A stretch of DNA of 64,000 nt. It comes from Gammaproteobacteria bacterium Ga0074134. GTDB lineage: Bacteria > Pseudomonadota > Gammaproteobacteria > Ga0077554 > Ga007554. The position numbers were made by a program, and so were the translations under genes. The stretch covers positions 44,215 through 108,214 of the forward strand of contig LNEJ01000031.1 of NCBI GenBank assembly GCA_001464965.1, written 5' to 3'. Shown piece by piece: positions 60,637-64,000 of this stretch; position 1 is the stretch's first letter; each line of letters begins with the position of its first letter. Below the pieces are notes generated by a model, which saw only the letters and a list, made by a program, of their open reading frames with translations, was not told the origin of the DNA and ran no database searches.

Positions 60637-62028
60637 ATGCACGACTTAGCCTTCGCAGCAAGATCTCCCGATGTGGCGACCGAGGCGCTGAAGGTCCCGC
60701 CGCATTCGATCGAGGCTGAACAGGCCGTCATCGGTGGCCTGATGCTGGAGAACAGCGCCTGGGACCAGGTGGCTGATCTGGTGGTCGAAGAAGATTTTTA
60801 TCGCCGCGATCATCGCCTGATTTTTCGCGCTATCGTCGATCTCTCCAGCCGCAACACCCCTTTCGACGTAATCACCCTCTCTGAACGGCTCGAAGCCATC
60901 AACGAGCTGGAGAATGCCGGCGGTTTGGCCTATCTTGGCATGCTCGCCAAGAACACCCCCACCGCCGCCAATATCAAAGCCTACGCCGCCATCGTGCGCG
61001 AGCGTTCGGTATTTCGCCAGTTAATCCACGTTGGCACGGAGATCGCCAACAGTGCGTATGCGGCAGAGGGGCGTGACAGCCCCGAATTGCTGGATAACGC
61101 GGAAAAACTGGTGTTTGAGATTGCCGAGCGGGGCGCGCGCGGCAAGCGCGGCTTTACCTCGATTAAGGATTTGCTGGTCAAGGCGGTGGATCGCATCGAC
61201 ACCCTGTTCCAGCAGGACAATCCTATCACCGGTGTGCCCACCGGATTTAGCGATTTTGATGAGATGACATCCGGTCTCCAGCGATCGGATCTTGTGATCG
61301 TCGCTGGCCGCCCGTCGATGGGCAAAACCACGTTTGCGATGAATCTGGCGGAGCATGCCGCGATCAAGACCGGGCTGCCAGTGGCGGTGTTCAGCATGGA
61401 AATGCCCGGCGAGCAACTGGCGATGCGTATGATGTCGTCACTGGGGCGTATCGATCAGCACAAGCTGCGCACCGGTAAACTTGATGACGACGATTGGCCG
61501 CGTGTTACCTCGGCGGTAGGGATACTGGCCGAAGCGCCACTGTTTATCGACGATACGCCGGCGCTGACACCCACCGACCTGCGCGCCCGCGCCCGTCGCC
61601 TGGCGCGTGAGCACGGCCTGGGCATGATCGTTATCGACTATCTGCAGTTGATGCAAGTGCTTGGCAATAAGGAAAACCGCGCCACCGAGATTTCGGAAAT
61701 CTCGCGCTCCCTCAAGTCGCTGGCTAAGGAGTTGAGTGTCCCGGTAGTCGCGCTGTCACAGCTCAACCGCAGTCTGGAGCAGCGGCCCAACAAGCGTCCG
61801 GTGATGTCCGATCTGCGCGAATCCGGCGCTATCGAGCAGGATGCGGACTTGATCGTGTTTATTTATCGTGACGAGGTTTATCACGAAGACAGCCAGGACA
61901 AGGGCACGGCGGAGATCATCATCGCCAAGCAGCGTAACGGCCCTATCGGCACCACGCGGTTGACCTTTCTCGGTCAATACACGCGATTTGAAAATTTCAT
62001 ATCCAACCGTTACAACGATGGCGAGTAA
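60637..62028 (+). CDS. dnaB: replicative DNA helicase
   Basis: PPHSIEAEQAVIGGLM, Walker A GRPSMGKT, IVIDYLQLM, and SQLNRSLEQRPNKRPVMSDLRESGAIEQDAD. Confidence 0.95.
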   Translation: MHDLAFAARSPDVATEALKVPPHSIEAEQAVIGGLMLENSAWDQVADLVVEEDFYRRDHRLIFRAIVDLSSRNTPFDVITLSERLEAINELENAGGLAYLGMLAKNTPTAANIKAYAAIVRERSVFRQLIHVGTEIANSAYAAEGRDSPELLDNAEKLVFEIAERGARGKRGFTSIKDLLVKAVDRIDTLFQQDNPITGVPTGFSDFDEMTSGLQRSDLVIVAGRPSMGKTTFAMNLAEHAAIKTGLPVAVFSMEMPGEQLAMRMMSSLGRIDQHKLRTGKLDDDDWPRVTSAVGILAEAPLFIDDTPALTPTDLRARARRLAREHGLGMIVIDYLQLMQVLGNKENRATEISEISRSLKSLAKELSVPVVALSQLNRSLEQRPNKRPVMSDLRESGAIEQDADLIVFIYRDEVYHEDSQDKGTAEIIIAKQRNGPIGTTRLTFLGQYTRFENFISNRYNDGE

Positions 62029-63183
62029 ATGGCGCGTGCAGCCGCAGCGCTGATCGACCTAGACGCGTTGCGGCACAATCTGCGGCGCGTGCGCGAGGCG
62101 GCGCCGGGACGCCATGTGATGGCCATCATCAAGGCCAACGGCTACGGACATGGCATGGTGCGTGTGGCGCGCGCGCTGGCCAGCGCTGATGCCAGTGCCG
62201 ATGCTTTTGGCGTGGCAAGCATCGACGAAGCCATCGTACTGCGCGAAGCGGGCATCGAGACCCCGATCACTTTGCTGGAAGGTTTTTTTGAGGCGCAGGA
62301 GTTGGCGCTGATCCAGCGTTATCGGCTTGGCGTGGTGATACACCATGCCGCGCAACTCGATATTCTCGAAGCGCATCCCTTATCGACACCCATCCCCACT
62401 TGGCTCAAGATCGACTCAGGCATGCACCGGCTGGGCTTCGCCCCGGCAAAGGCGCAGGATGCCTGGCGGCGTCTCAAGGCATGCCGCTGGGTGGCTAATC
62501 CGATCCGCCTCATGACCCATCTCGCCAGTGCCGATGATCGCCATAGTTCGCAGACGCTACGTCAGTTGGAATGCTTTAGCGCCGCAATCGCCGGCATCGA
62601 AGGCGAGCGCGGTATCGCCAATTCGGCGGGGATACTCGGCTGGCCGCAGACCCATGCCGATTGGGTGCGTCCCGGCATCATGCTGTATGGTGTGTCACCT
62701 TTCATTGATGGCGTGGCGATGGATGATGTGCAGGGATGCACGAATGCCGCGGGCGCAGGATGCGCAGGAGCGGCAGACGATCTCAAGCCGGTGATGACGC
62801 TCACATCCAAACTTATCTCCGTCAATCACTTCAAAAAGGGTGATGCGATTGGTTATGCGGCATCCTGGGTGTGCCCGCAGGACATACCGGTAGGGGTCGT
62901 TGCGATTGGTTACGGCGACGGCTATCCGCGCCACGCCGCGCCGGGTACGCCGGTGCTGGTCAATGGTAAACGGGTGCCGCTGATCGGGCGCGTGTCTATG
63001 GATATGGTCACCGTCGACTTGAGCAGTCAACCCAGCGCGCAGATTGGTGATCCGGTGACGTTGTGGGGGCAAGGCTTGCCGGTGGAAGAAGTGGCGCGTT
63101 GTGCCTCGACCATCCCTTATCAATTGTTGTGCGGGGTGACGCAGCGGGTGAGGATAATCGAGAGCGGAGAAAGGTATGATTAA
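62029..63183 (+). CDS. alr: alanine racemase
   Basis: PLP-lysine context AIIKANGYGHG, and C-terminal YGDGYPR and GRVSMDM. Immediately follows dnaB. Confidence 0.9.
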   Translation: MARAAAALIDLDALRHNLRRVREAAPGRHVMAIIKANGYGHGMVRVARALASADASADAFGVASIDEAIVLREAGIETPITLLEGFFEAQELALIQRYRLGVVIHHAAQLDILEAHPLSTPIPTWLKIDSGMHRLGFAPAKAQDAWRRLKACRWVANPIRLMTHLASADDRHSSQTLRQLECFSAAIAGIEGERGIANSAGILGWPQTHADWVRPGIMLYGVSPFIDGVAMDDVQGCTNAAGAGCAGAADDLKPVMTLTSKLISVNHFKKGDAIGYAASWVCPQDIPVGVVAIGYGDGYPRHAAPGTPVLVNGKRVPLIGRVSMDMVTVDLSSQPSAQIGDPVTLWGQGLPVEEVARCASTIPYQLLCGVTQRVRIIESGERYD

Positions 63184-63478
63184 ACACATTGTGTTGTGGA
63201 AACTGAAAGAAACCGCCGCAGGCCACAGCGCGGCGGAGAATGCCCGGGAAATAAAGCGGCGTTTGGAGGCACTTAACGGCCGGATTCCCGGTATGTTGCG
63301 CCTTGAGGTTGGAATAGATTTCAGCAAGGAAGATGCGTCATCCGATGTCGCGCTCTATTCCGAGTTCGAGAGCAGAGCGGCGCTGGAGGGTTATCAAAGC
63401 CATCCGCTGCACGAAGAGGTCAAGGAATTTGTGATGGCAGTGCGCTCGGAGCGGCGTCTGGTTGATTATGAGGTTTGA
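63176..63478 (+). CDS. Dabb (stress-responsive alpha/beta barrel) family protein
   Basis: MIKHIVLWKLKE... and HPLHEEVKEF are typical of the Dabb domain. 100 aa. Confidence 0.8.
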   Translation: MIKHIVLWKLKETAAGHSAAENAREIKRRLEALNGRIPGMLRLEVGIDFSKEDASSDVALYSEFESRAALEGYQSHPLHEEVKEFVMAVRSERRLVDYEV

Positions 63479-63502
63479 TGGCGGGTTTTTTTATAGCAGA
63501 TT

Positions 63503-64000
63503 TCAGCTCACAGCACTCCGCGCCACGCCATCCAGCAACTTGATGAAATTCCGCTTCGGTTTAAACTGCACACGCAGCTCCGCCAGGTAGTCGCTAAATT
63601 GCCGTGACTGGCTCTGCGTCTTCATCAACCCACCTACCTTGCGAATAAGTTTAGCCGCCTCCTCATAGGCAGTATTGTTGGTCTGTTCGACGATAGGCGG
63701 CACCACGCGGCGGTAGAGGCTGATGGCATCATCGGGGCGCGAAGGTTCGAATTTCCCGGCCAGCGTGATCAGCAGATTCCGATCACAGATGCCTTCGTGC
63801 GCGGCCGACCAGGCTGCATCCAAATCCTGCTCCCACAGGGCTATTTCCACACGCAGCGAGTAGTTGGGTATCGACGGCTTCGGTTTCCAGTGGCTCGTCG
63901 CGTTCGCCTCGCGTGCGATGATCTCGGCGACCCTCGCTAACGCCCGGTCGCGCTGCTGCGGCCAGAGGCCGAGTTTGCCGGCGATACCGTGGAGTTTTTT
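63503..64000 (-). CDS. hypothetical protein, C-terminal part (gene continues past the right edge)
   Basis: The frame of ORF 63503..63850 stays open upstream to base 64000 (checked by hand, no in-frame stop). The listed M is a GTG inside a longer ORF. No family recognised with confidence. Confidence 0.55.
   Translation of the reverse strand, partial: KKLHGIAGKLGLWPQQRDRALARVAEIIAREANATSHWKPKPSIPNYSLRVEIALWEQDLDAAWSAAHEGICDRNLLITLAGKFEPSRPDDAISLYRRVVPPIVEQTNNTAYEEAAKLIRKVGGLMKTQSQSRQFSDYLAELRVQFKPKRNFIKLLDGVARSAVS

Overview
The window reads as conserved chromosomal backbone from a proteobacterium, probably a gammaproteobacterium. This is inferred from gene order shared with Pseudomonas: argH / fimS-algR-hemCDXY, radC-coaBC-dut-algC-argB / pyrE, xerD...dsbC, and dnaB-alr. 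Housekeeping content: glnA-ntrBC, an RND efflux pair, comM, ubiK, tRNA-Val, a nitrate/nitrite transporter behind a sigma-54 promoter, a DEAD-box helicase, rpsP-rimM-trmD-rplS, ogt, yajQ, rpmBG, xthA and rpsF-rpsR-rplI. No CRISPR array, transposase, integrase or recognisable defence gene was seen. Five things stand out. (1) At about 47.4-54.6 kb, a visibly more AT-rich block encodes a divergent cbb3-like (C-family) heme-copper oxidase: CcoN-like, CcoO-like with a large insertion, no CcoP, and several unknown membrane subunits. A second operon follows with a CcoS-like protein, a monoheme cytochrome c and an FGE/SUMF1 (NirV-like) protein, then a fused multi-TM/spermidine-synthase-like/TPR protein. 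(2) A family of nested palindromic intergenic elements sits at 14.4, 27.9 and 46.1 kb, with conserved junction strings and covarying stems. (3) A GGA-motif-rich, terminator-ended candidate Rsm/Csr-type sRNA lies downstream of dsbC. (4) A YVTN beta-propeller/GlyGly-CTERM gene is inserted in the conserved fimS-argH gap and bracketed by a diverged 94-nt direct repeat. (5) A tight MCP-porin-half-size PBP operon. All protein calls rest on motif recognition by eye, not on searches.
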